In this document: positions 26,650 to 42,099 of the stretch, one piece after another
Layout: every line of letters starts with the position of its first letter
Numbering within the stretch: position 1 is the stretch's first letter
Assembly (NCBI RefSeq): GCF_009914755.1
Contig: NC_060925.1
Reading direction: 5' to 3' (one strand)
Length of the DNA stretch: 64,000 bases
From: the human T2T-CHM13v2.0 reference genome, Homo sapiens
Translations under genes and position numbers: made by a program
Notes under the pieces: generated by a model
Seen by the model: only the letters and a program-made list of their open reading frames with translations
Told to the model about the DNA's origin: nothing
Database searches by the model: none

Positions 26650-28010
26650 TTTTTAATGGCTTTATTGATATAATTTATATACAGTAAAGTTCATCTGCTT
26701 AAAGTGTATAATTTATTGTTTTCATTACATTTGTACAGTTGTGTAACTATCACTATAATCTAACTTTATGACATTTTCATCGTTCAAAAAAAAACTTTGC
26801 ATCCTTGAGCAGTCACTTTCCATACTCCCTCCAGCCCTAGACAACCACTCATCTACTTTCTGTCTCTATATATTTGCCTATTCTGGACAATTAATATGAA
26901 TGGGATCATACAATACATGTATTTTTGTGATTTGCTCCTTTCACTTAGCATAAGGAACTGAATGTAGCATGTATCAGTATTTCATTCTTTGTCATTGCTA
27001 AATGATATTCCATTGTATGGATATACCACATTTTGCTTATGCATTTATCAGTTGATGGTTGATGGACATTTGGGTTTCTACTTTTTGGCTATTAAGAATA
27101 GCACTGCTGTGAACATTAATGTACAAATTTGTGTGGAGATATATGTTTTCATTTTTCTTGGGTAGATACATAGAGATGAAATTGCTGAGTCATATGGTAA
27201 TTATGTTTAGCATTCTGAGGAACTGCCAAATTCTTTTCTAAAAGTGGTTACAACATATTAATTCCGAACAGCAATGAATGTGGGTTCCACTTTTTCCACA
27301 TCCTTACCAGTACTTATTATTGTTTGTCTTTTGTACTGTAGTCATCCTGTTCATTAGTATCTCATTGTCATTTTGATTTACATTTCTCTAATGACTAATG
27401 ATATTGAGTATATTTTCATATGCTTTTTGAATGTTTATGTATCTTCTTTGGAGAAACATCTTTAAAAATATTTTGCCTATTTTTAAATTTGGATGTCTTT
27501 TTATTATTGGATTGTAAAAGTTATCTATATATTCTGGATATACAACCCTAATCAGATATATTATTTGCAAATATTTTCTCTCATTCTGTGGGTTTTCTTT
27601 TCACTTTTTGATGGTCTTCTTTGAAGCACAAAAGTTTTTAGTTTTTATGAAGTCCAACATATCAATCTCTTATATCATCTTTGGTTTCATATTTAAGAAT
27701 CATTGCCTAATCTAAGGTGATGAACTTTACTCCTTTTGTATTTTCATCAAAGGGTTTTATAATCTAGCTCTTATGTTTCAGCCTCTGGTCTACTTTACAT
27801 AACTTTTGTGTATGGTGTGAGATATGAGTACAGATTTATTCTTCTGCATGTGGGTATCTTGTCCCAGCACCATTTACTGAAAGACTCTTCTTTCTCCCAG
27901 TGAATTACCTTGAACCCTTTGTCAAAATCATCTGACTATAAATGTTAGGATTTATTTTTGGAGTCTCTATTCTATTAAACTGATCTATGTTGTTTCTTGA
28001 CGTATGCCCT
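26650..28010 (-). mobile_element. L1MA/MB 3' portion inserted into the L2
   Basis: Antisense L1M 3'UTR (ctttattgatataatt..., ccctccagccctagacaaccact...) plus ORF2 C-terminal remnant. Confidence 0.82.
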
Positions 28011-28014
28011 AAAT

Positions 28015-28410
28015 CCATCTTTAGGGCATTTATAATTGCTGTCCCCTTTGCTTGGGATAGTGTTTCATTTTTCTTATTGTTCATTGTTTGATCTTTGGCA
28101 TCATTCACATTTCTGCTCAAATGTGACATACTCAGAGAGGGTTTTTTTACCTACTCTATCAAAAATAGCTCTTTCCTGAGGCAAGAATAAGCTTAAAGTA
28201 AATAAATAAGTAGAATAACTCCTCATTCCATTTCAATTACTCTCTACTACCTTTCCTGCTGTTTTCCACAGTTCATCCCACTATCTGAAATTACTTATTT
28301 GTTGTTTATGTTTGCTATCTATCTTCCTCATTAGAATGTAAGTTCTTTGAGGTCAAGGATATTTTTATCTGCCTGGTACTTAGTAGGGAATCAATAAATA
28401 TTTGTGGAAT
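28015..28410 (+). mobile_element. L2 3' end
   Basis: ttagaatgtaagttctttgagg...gcctggtacttagtagggaatcaataaatatttgtggaat. Confidence 0.7.
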
Positions 28411-28611
28411 AAAGTCATAAATCATTATTTTGGCAACAGTTTTTATTTTCAAAGCTACAACATTTTTCCAGAGTAGTTTATTTCAAAGTCATTGATAATT
28501 GAGGTACTCTTTGAATAACTGACATTCCTTCTAAAACTCATCATGTATTTTAACAAGGAGTCATCGTATACTTTTTATTAAGGAAGGCAGGGAGAATTTT
28601 AGCCTTTATTC

Positions 28612-28612
<1 letters not shown>

Positions 28613-28646
<34 letters not shown>

Positions 28647-28799
28647 TTTTAGTGAGAGGGCTCACCCAGGCTGGAATGCAGTGGCACAGTCATAGCTCAC
28701 TGCAGCATCAAACTCCTGGTCTCAAGTGATCCTCCTGCCTCAGCCTCCTGAGTGTCTAGGACTACAGGTGTGCACTACCATGCCAAGCTAATTTTTGTA
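28613..28799 (-). mobile_element. AluJ right arm with (TTTA)n tail
   Basis: (ttta)n followed by antisense right arm up to the linker. Confidence 0.85.
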
Positions 28800-28996
28800 A
28801 CAATCCATTTTATTAAAAAAGCCTTTCCAAAATAAGACCCAGTATTGTAATTAGAGTAAGATTAACACAGACCAGAAGTTATCAAGTAAAGTAGAATTAT
28901 GGAAGCAGACTCTGAAAGACCATTGATTGCACTACTACTGCATATGTTTTTGGCCAAACCATTCATTCTTTAAAACCGGTCTCTTAAAAGAAAACT

Positions 28997-29270
28997 GAGT
29001 CTGGCGTGGTGGCTCACGACTATAATCCAAGCACTTTGGAAGGCTGAGATGGGAGAATTACTTGAGCCCAGGAGTTCAAGACCTCATCTCTACAAAGAAA
29101 ATTTTAAAATTAGCCAAGCATGGTGACATGTGCCTGTAGTCCCAGCTACTCCAAAGACTGAGATGGGAGGCAGAGGCTGCAGTGAGCCAAAATTACGCCA
29201 CTGCACTCCAGCCTGAGAAACAGCAACACCTTATCTCAAAAAAATAAAAAATAAATTAAAAGAAAATTAA
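28997..29270 (+). mobile_element. AluJ with two internal deletions
   Basis: Sense Alu lacking a block after caagacc and a block after gggagg. Confidence 0.88.
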
Positions 29271-30774
29271 AATAATGGTTCTCATTAAATAAGCTATTTA
29301 TTAGCTTCCTAGACCTAATCTTTTACTAGAACACTGCATTTCCTCTTTGCTGATCCTCTTTAGTTTCAGACTGCTTCCTGGATGTAAGGTATTCTGTCCT
29401 CTTACATTTTATGGCTTCTTTGGGCCTTAGCAGGCAGGTGGAACTACTTATATGTGAGAGGAATACTCTCTCTGACATGCTTTATGAGACCCAGTAGTCA
29501 CAATACAACCTATTAGCCATACCTTGGCATGCCCAAGAGCAGTCTAGCCTCAGATCAGAATTTATGTTTGTTTGTCACATTTATAAAACTACAGTGTCAT
29601 CATTATTTCTCTTATTAAAAAATATTAAGGCAGTTCTTCATACACTTGGCACATGTGAAATTTGTTTCTCTTAGATTTTTAGTGCCTTCCAGATTTACAA
29701 TAATATAAAATAGATATAGTCGCTACCTTGAAAGAGAACAACTGGAAACTACTCTCAGCAATTTACTTTGTAAATTAAACCTGTTACATTTGTTTCCTTT
29801 GAGTTTTATAGTGGCCTGGAGAAAGCCAGAACTGCATATACCTTCTGCATATTATGTTGTGGCAATATGAAATGTTCACATTAGAAAGATATAACCCCAA
29901 TTTTAAATAATATAATTGGAAATGCATAGAAACATTGAAAAACACAAAAGAAAAATGTTTTCATCATATTGGTTGCTTTCTTCTCATTTTCTAATTAATA
30001 AATAATAACAAAGAGATCAACTAGCACACTGAATAAGGCTAAAATATTTCTTTCAGCTACATCAGGCTATTATAAGTTTATATTCATAAACTAGGATCAA
30101 TATAAAAATACAAAGTATTATAAACTGTAAATTCTACCACCTATGATAACTAGTTTTAACAAATCTAGCTCAATTGAAGGAAAAGTTATAATTAAACATC
30201 TTTAAAATAAAATAAGGGACAGTACTTATAGTACATTTACTCATAATTAAGAAACTATTCATTAATGACTACATAAAAATCACATTAGTGCATAGTTTTT
30301 CATCTTTGTGTTGCCAGTAAACTATCTAATATTTAAACATTATATTTACTATTGTGAAATATGACAGTGAATTAAGTATAGGATTATTAAACAGACAAAC
30401 CTAATTGATCCAGGTTCTAGTGACAATATGTGCTAATTAAGTCAGAAATAGGACTCAGTTTGCCTTGAACTAAGAGGTAGGGATTGAAGATAGCTCACAA
30501 TAAAAATGTAAAGAGTGTTTTGGGCATTTACATTTGCCATAAGCAAATTAATGGGCTAAGCAAGAATTCTGGGGGTAAAAATGGGCTACTTAAGAAAGCA
30601 AATGTTTACAATCACTTTTAAGAATTCTTCCAGTATGTAGCTATGTAAATACAAAATATATGCCAAAGTGTGTCATCTTATGTTTTTTCTTAACTCTTTA
30701 TTAATCTTTTGCCTGCTAACCTTTGGTAACACTTGGTTCACCTAATACTTACTCTGTACTTAAAAGTTGTAAAA

Positions 30775-31088
30775 GAGTTGGGCACAGTGGCTAACACCTG
30801 TGATTCCAGTGCTTTGGGAGGCCAAGGTGGGAGAATCACTTGAGGACAGGAGTTCGAGACTAGCCCGGGCAACACAGCAAGACTCTATCTCTAGAAAAAG
30901 AAACAAACTGAAATTATTCAGGCATGGTGGCATACACCTGTAAGTCTCAGCTTGTTGGGAGGCTGAGGCAGGAGGATACTTTGAGCCCAGGAGTTCAAGT
31001 GAACTGATTGCAACACTGCACTATAGCCTGGGTGACAGAGTAAGACCTTGTCACTAAAATAAATAAATAAGTAAATAATAAAAAATAA
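30775..31088 (+). mobile_element. AluJ with (TAAA)n tail
   Basis: Sense Alu dimer with J-type ttgagcccaggagttc. Confidence 0.9.
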
Positions 31089-32227
31089 AGTTACAAAGTG
31101 TTTTTTCTTTATGTAACCAATGTATACTGCCTCTTGGTCCGAAATCTTTCAATTATTTGGGATCACCCTGTCCCACTTTACCTGGAGAACTAACATTTTT
31201 ACCATAGCCCACATACACATCTCCTGCTCAGGGTCTCCAGGAATTCTTAGGTTTGTTAGAGTTTCTCTAGGTCATCCCTGGCACTGATGTCATTTCTGCT
31301 GAGTTCTTGATCTACAGTCTTTTTATTAACTTCTATTATTGCTATAATTTTTACTACAGCCTTATCCCAAGGCGGACCCTACCCCTAATGCCATCATTCC
31401 CCCATACTACTATAAAACAAAAGTCATGTTTAATAGACTTTCATTCATGATTTGGGATGTTGGGGAGGTAATATAACAGAACATTAGAATGTTTGCCCTT
31501 GTGTTGCGTATTGGCCATTCTCTTTCCCTAGCAATGTCTCCATATTGTTGACCTCTTTCTTTAACTAGACCTCATCACACTATTCTCCCCTTTCTTCTAA
31601 GGTTCCTAACTCCTACTCCAGGAGCTGCTGCTAGACTTGAAACTCTTCACTGAGCATTTCATTTTTCCTTTTTTTTACCCTCACACAAGCTGTGGCTACT
31701 TTCTCAAACTAAAAGATCTAATATTCCTAAACAAAGAATTATCTAACAAGGAGATGAATTAATCTACTCTACTACAAAGCAGGCACAATTTATTTAAATA
31801 GCCATATTTTCTTTCACTCTACATTTTAAAGTTTTGTTTCACTTATTCAGACACTCCTTTCTAATCAACCTGAATACATGTGCATTTATGGTTGATAGCT
31901 AAGATAATGCATAGTATTTTAAGTGTTTATAAGACTTTTAACTTTTAAAAATGGCTAATCAAAATTTAGTCCTGTACATGGTAACAAATAAGTACTTGCT
32001 AATATCTTCTTGCCCAGGTAATTTCAAGCGAGTTTCCATCATAACTGATGCATATAGAAACATTAAACATTTTGTCAAAGTTTATATTGTCTTTTGTGTA
32101 TCAACTCAACATAGGCTAACCCTAAGAAACCAAGTGAAATGTGAATCTTTTCTACTGAAATACAGTTATTTGAAAATATTTAGCTTTGATAACTGTTTAC
32201 TTACCATTTTATATCTTTTTTACATAG

Positions 32228-32320
32228 TTTTGTGTGAGAATAGAAAAGAATCCTGGCCTTGGATTTAGTATCAGTGGTGGAATTAGTGGACAAGGAAATC
32301 CATTCAAACCTTCTGACAAG
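32228..32320 (+). CDS. LRRC7: LRRC7 coding exon (93 nt, 31 aa): [35 protein letters not shown]-terminal part with the GLGF loop
   Basis: Acceptor tcttttttacatag| and donor AAG|gtaaga. GLGF carboxylate-binding loop and LAP-family GNPF motif. Not in the ORF track; translated by hand. Confidence 0.96.
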
Positions 32321-35300
32321 GTAAGAAATGAATATCTTGTTGACAATATTAATTAGAAAAATACTATCTCCTACAGTAACAAAGGTTAGAAAAAAATTCA
32401 AGTGTTTTTGTTGTGTTTTCATGAGCTAGTTAGTAACTCTGAAGCCAATTAGAAACTTTTTCAGCACAGGGATAAAAGAATTTACTGCAGCGCTTGACAC
32501 ATACTAAGAATAAAGGGAAAAGTCTCTAAACATTCTATTTAAAAGGCAGAGATTTTTTATATTTTTGTGGGGAGGCTTTGTGTTTTGTTTTTGTTTTTGC
32601 TCCACAGTTGTCTATATTTGTAAAGAAAGGTATATAGACAATTTCTAACAAGTTGTTTCCAAAGGTTAACTCGTAAGTCACTTATTTAGGAAACTGTTTT
32701 CTCACAGTAGCAGAATGATGACATAGTAATTCAATGCAAAGGCAAGCTGACTGCCATCTCTTCAATTCATCAAGCATGTAAAGAATTTTGCTAATAGAAC
32801 TGTAGAATTGAGAAACCACAGAAAACAAATTTTTTATGAGAAAATCAGTTAGCATTAGCAGAAGAATTAGGTCCTCCTCTCATACTTACCCCTGCTTGTC
32901 AAACTATGGAATTAAGGCACACCAACTCTAACCTCAGCCATTTCCTGGACATTCAAGATGTTGCCTCTGCTCACATGTGACCTGCCTGACGCCGATGTGA
33001 ACCACCTGATTTTTTATTTTTTAAATGTTTACCTGGAGCTATAGAACCTGCCCTGCTACCATCAGTGTTTAATACTCTCAGCTTTGAATCAATTAATAAT
33101 TATTCAATGATAATTGAAGCTATCTACTTTCAACCTCATCAAATTGCATTAACTGACCCCATAAAACTTTAGGATGATGAAGAAGGAAAAAAATTAAATA
33201 TGAATAAAACCTCCACAGGCTCTGTACTTACCTTTGAGTCACAACCTGGTCCATATCCTCTCAACTCATCACAATTATAAAAACCTACAGATTAATTTCT
33301 GATTATGAGACCTACTTCTGAAAAACCTGGGATGCCATTACTCTGGAGCTTTCTGTAGCCCGAAACAGAGCCTTTAACACCACATTTTCCTCATCTTCCT
33401 CCCAGTGATCTTGTTTCTTATACTCTTCCTACCCTTCTTCCTTTCCGTTTTGGGGAAGGTCAGGAGAAGAGGTTGGTCCAAAAGGAAGAATTGGTCGCAT
33501 GATTATATACATTAGGAATGAAGAGACCAGAGGAAAATCTCCAGTGACCAAGGATGGGAGCTCCTTTGGTCAACAGGCTGGAGCAGCTACTCATATAAAA
33601 GGAATGTATATGAGGCAATCCTATAATTAGGGGAATGCCAGTTGGAAACATCTGTTCATAGGTAACTAGCATATTTCCATTTTGAAATGATGTTGAGGAT
33701 ACCATTGATTTATTACAATTAAAATATTCATGGCTTAGACCAACTGTTTACTTAATTTTAATAAATTATTGATACATCTTAAAGAAGCATAAAGGTTCAA
33801 AATTATCAGAAGCATGATGACATTTTTTAAAACCTCAAATCATTATGTCTTATTTATCTTGACTCCTCTTTTTGTCTTTCATTTTACATCTCTTTCATAA
33901 ATTCTTTCAATGAAAAGTCACTAACCTTATGATACTTAAGAGAGTTGAAATTCAAGACATATTTTTCTGTTCTTTCTCACCAGCATATAAATCTTTTCAC
34001 TATATTTTTGGAAGGTACAGGGTAAAAAAATATTTTTAAATTAAGGATGAATAGATTGTTAAGTAGTCAAGATGTCAGAATACTGTTGCATTTCTGCTCT
34101 TTTCAACTGAAAGAGACTAGATCTCAGGCTTTCAAATCATTGCCTGCAATTCTTCCACTGTGATGAATATGAACACTTTATAGCTATTCATTTAATTTCT
34201 CATTTGTAACATTTTGATGACTCTAGTGAGACTGAACTATGTCTATGATCTTATAATTTGCTCTTTTGGTTAAATGTAACAGATAAAGCACTTGAATTGT
34301 ATAATGCGTCCATTGAAAGATTTCCCCTAAAAAGCACTTTTCTTTGGCTGATTACACTCTAAAATCATTCATAATCTGAAAAGTAAATCTCTATTATTAT
34401 AAAATTGGTGGGAGCAACTAGGAGTTCCAAATCTACAGAAGAATCTCAATACTGCCTTTCACTTATTGACCAGTTTTGGTGGCATGCCAAACATATGGGG
34501 ACACTTTGGTTAACTGTTCAGAGGATCTAAAGACACTGACTGACAATTTACATAAGAATTCAGTCCACTCACAAGGAAAGGGATTAATCTATTGGAAATT
34601 CAGCTGTGTTTTTTAGCCCTAGTGCCCTATTCTGAAAGTGTTGCATAAAATTTAGAGTAGAACCCAGTGCCTGAAACTACCTAAAAATATTAAACAGTAA
34701 GAAAATGAAAATGTTGAAAAACAGATTGGTTTTTCATGAAATGGCTGATTTACAGCTGGAAGTAAGAGGAACCAAGTTAAACAGATGTTTAAGATCAAAA
34801 AATACTGCCTGAGCCTGAGGTAGACTTATAAGGAGTCTAGTCATGCAAAAGTTTAAACTTTAATATGATACATACTCTCTTCAAATAAATAAGTCATTGA
34901 TTAGGAATATTCTCAGAAATACACTATATTATTTTCCTTACTGCTCATGGATGTTTGAATGTTTTGCTGCTCAAAATTCTAAGTATCCAAGAACATCTGA
35001 ATGTCTTAGAGGTACTGAGGACTTTCTGTACTGAAGTTAATTAATACATTTGTTCCATTCTCTTCATTATTGTTGATGGAAACTAGTTTCAGGGAAATGA
35101 CAAGGACCAATGTGAGATAGCATCCAAAACGATTACAGCCAGACAGGGAAAGACTGAAACAGTCATCTCAAAAAGCTGAGAGCCACAGCTGCAGCAAAAG
35201 TGAACTATATTGTTCGGTCTGGCAGACATTCTGATCTACGTTCTGGGGTAATGTGAGATTGTTGCAGAAAAACACTTAGGGCAGCCCAAAAGTTAACTGA

Positions 35301-35764
35301 GGCTTTATGGAGGAATCAGGATTAAGCCAAATATAAGGGAATATTTTTACCAGACTTTGAGCATTTAGAACAGCATCTCATCTAGCAAACTTAACTCCCC
35401 TTCAAGATCCAAGGTAGTCTTGATCAAATATTGGCTCCTCCAGTTAAAGGGATAGAGCACAATTAGCCCTGCAGTTGATATTGTCAAAACAATGTTTAGT
35501 AGTGAAAAACACCAGTTCATTCACCATAGAACTCATTATTTCAGTGTTCACTGTCAAGCAGAAACTGCTTTTACATACTTGGAAAGAGAAAGCAGTAGAA
35601 CACTGGATGGAAATTAGTTGCCTCTGTCCTCTCAATGAAGTGTATAATAGCCATGATCTGTTTCATTACAATAAAGAAACATTGCTGTCAAATTGTCAAG
35701 ATACTGCAGAGAGATGAAAGATTTTGAGCCAACAAATCTGATAGTAAAGCAATAAAAATAATGG

Positions 35765-35985
35765 CCTTTTATTGAGTATATACAAAATGCTGGGCACTGT
35801 ATTAGGCTCTTTATAAATATGAATTTATGAATTTATGTGATCTTCATAACTATTTCTGTTAGTTGAGTAGTATTATTATTCCCCATTTTATTGAGGCCCA
35901 GAGGGGTTAATTAACTTGCCCAAGGTCATTTAGCTGATCTGTGGCAGATAAGATTTGAAACAAAACTGAGCTGACTCCAGATGCT
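35765..35985 (-). mobile_element. MIR
   Basis: tattattccccatttta...gaggcccagaggggttaattaacttgcccaaggtca. Confidence 0.75.
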
Positions 35986-38459
35986 TTTCTTAATAAGCAT
36001 TATAATACATGCCTCTATCTGCAAATGTCACTTAGCAGAAGAGCCACATGACAAATTTATACCCTGTAGAGTTGAGACTAATATGATATTCTAATATTGA
36101 GAGTATTACAGAGCCCTCTAATTAGTCATAGTCTAGATATTTTTTTCAACAAGTCCTTGGGAGTCAGCATGTATTCTCTGTTGAACCTAGATAATTAGGA
36201 GCATACTGTACAGAGAAGATTGCTAAGCAATTATATAACTTGTGGACTAAGGTATCATTACAGTGGTGATTCTGCCAATGGAGCAAGCCACAATATTCTT
36301 TGCTTGTATGTAAGCACTCATAAAATAATAATTTCCAATTGCAAAATTTAAGGAATTTACCAGTATAATTTCCACAGGATGTTGTTAGAAAGAGGAAACT
36401 GCATTAATAGATAACTGATGCCATGCTGTTGTAACATTTTATAAGGCAACCCAGGACTCTGCAAATGAGAGAATTTTTAATGATGCATTCACAAAACTCA
36501 TCATTCAGGGATTCATGTTCTTCCTTGCTCCATCTGAGGGAAGAAGAACTAAGCTCCTGGATCTTAAAGAGATTAAAGAAGACTTATAGCCCTTTCCCTA
36601 TATGGTGTAAAGGTGTTACACTGAACAGTTGCATGAAGAATTATCTACTCATAGTATCAAAATGAAAGCTGTTTTATGGATTCAGCCCATCCTCAAAGGA
36701 CCTGACAGCAGCAAATATACATACTGGGGCATTGGGGCCAGAGAATCAGTTATCCTCCACTGTCCACCATTTATGTGGAGAATAGTCATAAGTGCCTAAG
36801 CTCAACAGATGCCAGAGAGCTCATCCATATTTCCACTAAGTTGGGCCATCTAAATGTAGCCATAGAAATGATAGAAAAAAACAAATTCATGGTTTTTTTA
36901 AAATGCCTTAATTTGCCTATGGTACAGGTAAAATTCCAAGCCATCGAAAGAATATTAGGAGCATAGAAAATGTAAACTATTATCACCAATAAACTCTAAA
37001 TAAATGTCCTAGAATTTCAGAATAAATTACTATAAATTATTTACATTACATTTAAATTATTGCCTCCAGATGCCCAAACAGCCTGCAACAGGACTTAAGC
37101 CCCTCCTCTTTTCACTCCATTGTTTTTGTGTGGATATGGATATTACATCAAATAAAAGTTTTTACATGATTAATATTAAGAAAAGAAGGACCCTTAGACA
37201 TGCAGAATTGAAGCTTTTATTTAATACTTTTATCCAAGGATAACAATACTCAGAGGCATGCGGGGCAACGGCAAGTTCAAAAATGCACAAGAATAATGTT
37301 CCAGTTTTGCTCAACTTCATGACATTGGGTGATCCATAAACAAAAGCTTGCTAAAGATATGCTTTTAACTTATAAAAAAGGTACATACCATATGCCTATT
37401 TCCTGTCAGGTTTTCTCCATGGATATAAAAAATGAGAATAGCAAACATATTTGTTTAAAACTCCATATAGCATAAGATGTATATTTACTATATGAATATT
37501 AAACTACTTTTAGCACATTTCCTTAACTTTGTGCAGCTACTAGACAAATACAATTTATTGTATATGTTTCTAAATTCATTTTGTAAGTAATATAATTTAT
37601 ATATGTGTCACATCCTTAATTCCACTTCAAGTGATTATGTAAGGCAAAGTAATTTGAAAAAATTTATGCATTATGTGAAAATAAAATTCAGGAGCAAGGG
37701 ATAGAGATCAAATTGTTTTTGTACTTCAGACTAAATTTAGGAAGACGCTGAAACAGTTTTTATTTTATATATAAAATGATTTTTAAAAATAAATTTCAAG
37801 CATAAGTTCTTTTATAAACATAACTGATTACTTCAGCTGCATCTTAGTCATATTGCAGTTTGAGGTTCAGAATGCCACTAGGTTGTTTGAAGACATTAAA
37901 AGTGAGATGAGTTCTTTCTTTAATAAAAAATAAATTTTCACCTTTCAGTTCATTGTCTTAATGTTGGAGTAAAAAGTCCAAGATCTATTCAGAAACATTG
38001 GTAGAGATGAAATGTACTCTTCACACTCTCCTACAAATAGTATTCCTACAGGTGTGACGATTTATACCAAGCTTTTTTTAAAAGGTATGGTAGCATGCTT
38101 TAGCCAATTGAAAAATGTCGGTATCTAGACATTATAATAGAAAGGAGACATGAATTTCAGCTTATGAAAGCAAATAAGTATCATTAATTCTTCAGGAAAC
38201 TTTCACTGGGGCATAAATGTGAAAAAGTAAGGTCACGAAAAAGTATCAGTGTAAAGCTAATGAACAATTAAATAAATGCATATATGTGTACTTTGGAACC
38301 TAAACATTTTTTAATCAAAATATGAAAGCACTTAAAATTAGCTTATCAATAAGATCTTACATAATTACTAAAAAGAATAACCAATAAATCCAGAGTTAAA
38401 GAGTAAGTAATAGTAGTTTAGGATTACTGAATAAGGTACCAAAGTACACATATATGCAT

Positions 38460-38799
<340 letters not shown>

Positions 38800-39945
38800 T
38801 AGCTTTACAATATAAATAGTATAGTTTTACATAGTCTAAGTATCTGATTCTAAGTACAGTGGAAAAGAGAACTGCTTCCTATATTTAAAAATCGTGTTGA
38901 ATAAACCCATCGCCATGCACAAACCACATTTCCATTAAAAGGGACTATCATTTAAACCCTGAGGACATTCATTAATAGAAAACAAGCAACCTCTCTAGTG
39001 TGGAATTAAACATTAAAATGATTAAAGAAAAGTCATATTTATTTATTTGTCTTTTTTTGTTCATTGAGGTATACTGAGTTCTCTGTTGAAAGAGAAAAAA
39101 AAAAATCACACGTTCCCTTTGTCCTCTCTGTCAACGAATGTTTCTACCTTGACTCAGAACGACTAACTTAATGGAGTACCTAGACTTGGCAACCTTTGCT
39201 TATTCCTAGACTGAAAAAAAAAGACCCATGATATGTTCGAGTTTTGTATGACTTGCACCTTCTGGAGTAGCTTCAGCTGGGGTGGTGGCATTAGCTGAGG
39301 TGGCTTCAGTTCCCTGAAGGTGTTCATTTCTGGGCCATAAAATGAGAATGGCCAAAGAGACGAAGAGAGAATCGAGAATGACTTTTACTTCTAAATCTTT
39401 GCTGATTCTGCTGAATGTGAACTGCTACCCCTTCATTCATCAGCCACAGGCAGTCTCAATGCTTTTACTCTGTGTGGCATAATTATCCTCCTTTAAATAC
39501 ACTGTCAGTCTCAGATGTGTACAACTACAGTGTCCTTTTTCTTTAACCTATGCCTTTTTAAAAACACATAGGTAATGAATGAAAATATCAGCACTGTAAA
39601 TTTTTAAATAATTATAGAAATATTGAGACTAAATATGATTCCCCCACCCCTTTCATTCTGCTCTACACCACCTATGCACAGCCTTGGCCTAAGAGCCACT
39701 TTATTAGTCAACATATCAAGAATTCACAACTGTAGTGTCTTCTGGCACTTGCCCCCAGCCTTTCTGACTTCCTGAGCCACCTCTAAGAAATGTTCTAGCA
39801 TATTCTGACCATATAATGATGCGTTAGCCATTGAATAAAACCATATTAAACCTATGAGAATCAGTCTGACTGAATATAGCTTACAACAAACAATTTTTCA
39901 CTTCAAAAACCTTATTTTAGCAGAATTGGTTAAAGAAAGTTTCAC

Positions 39946-42099
<2,154 letters not shown>

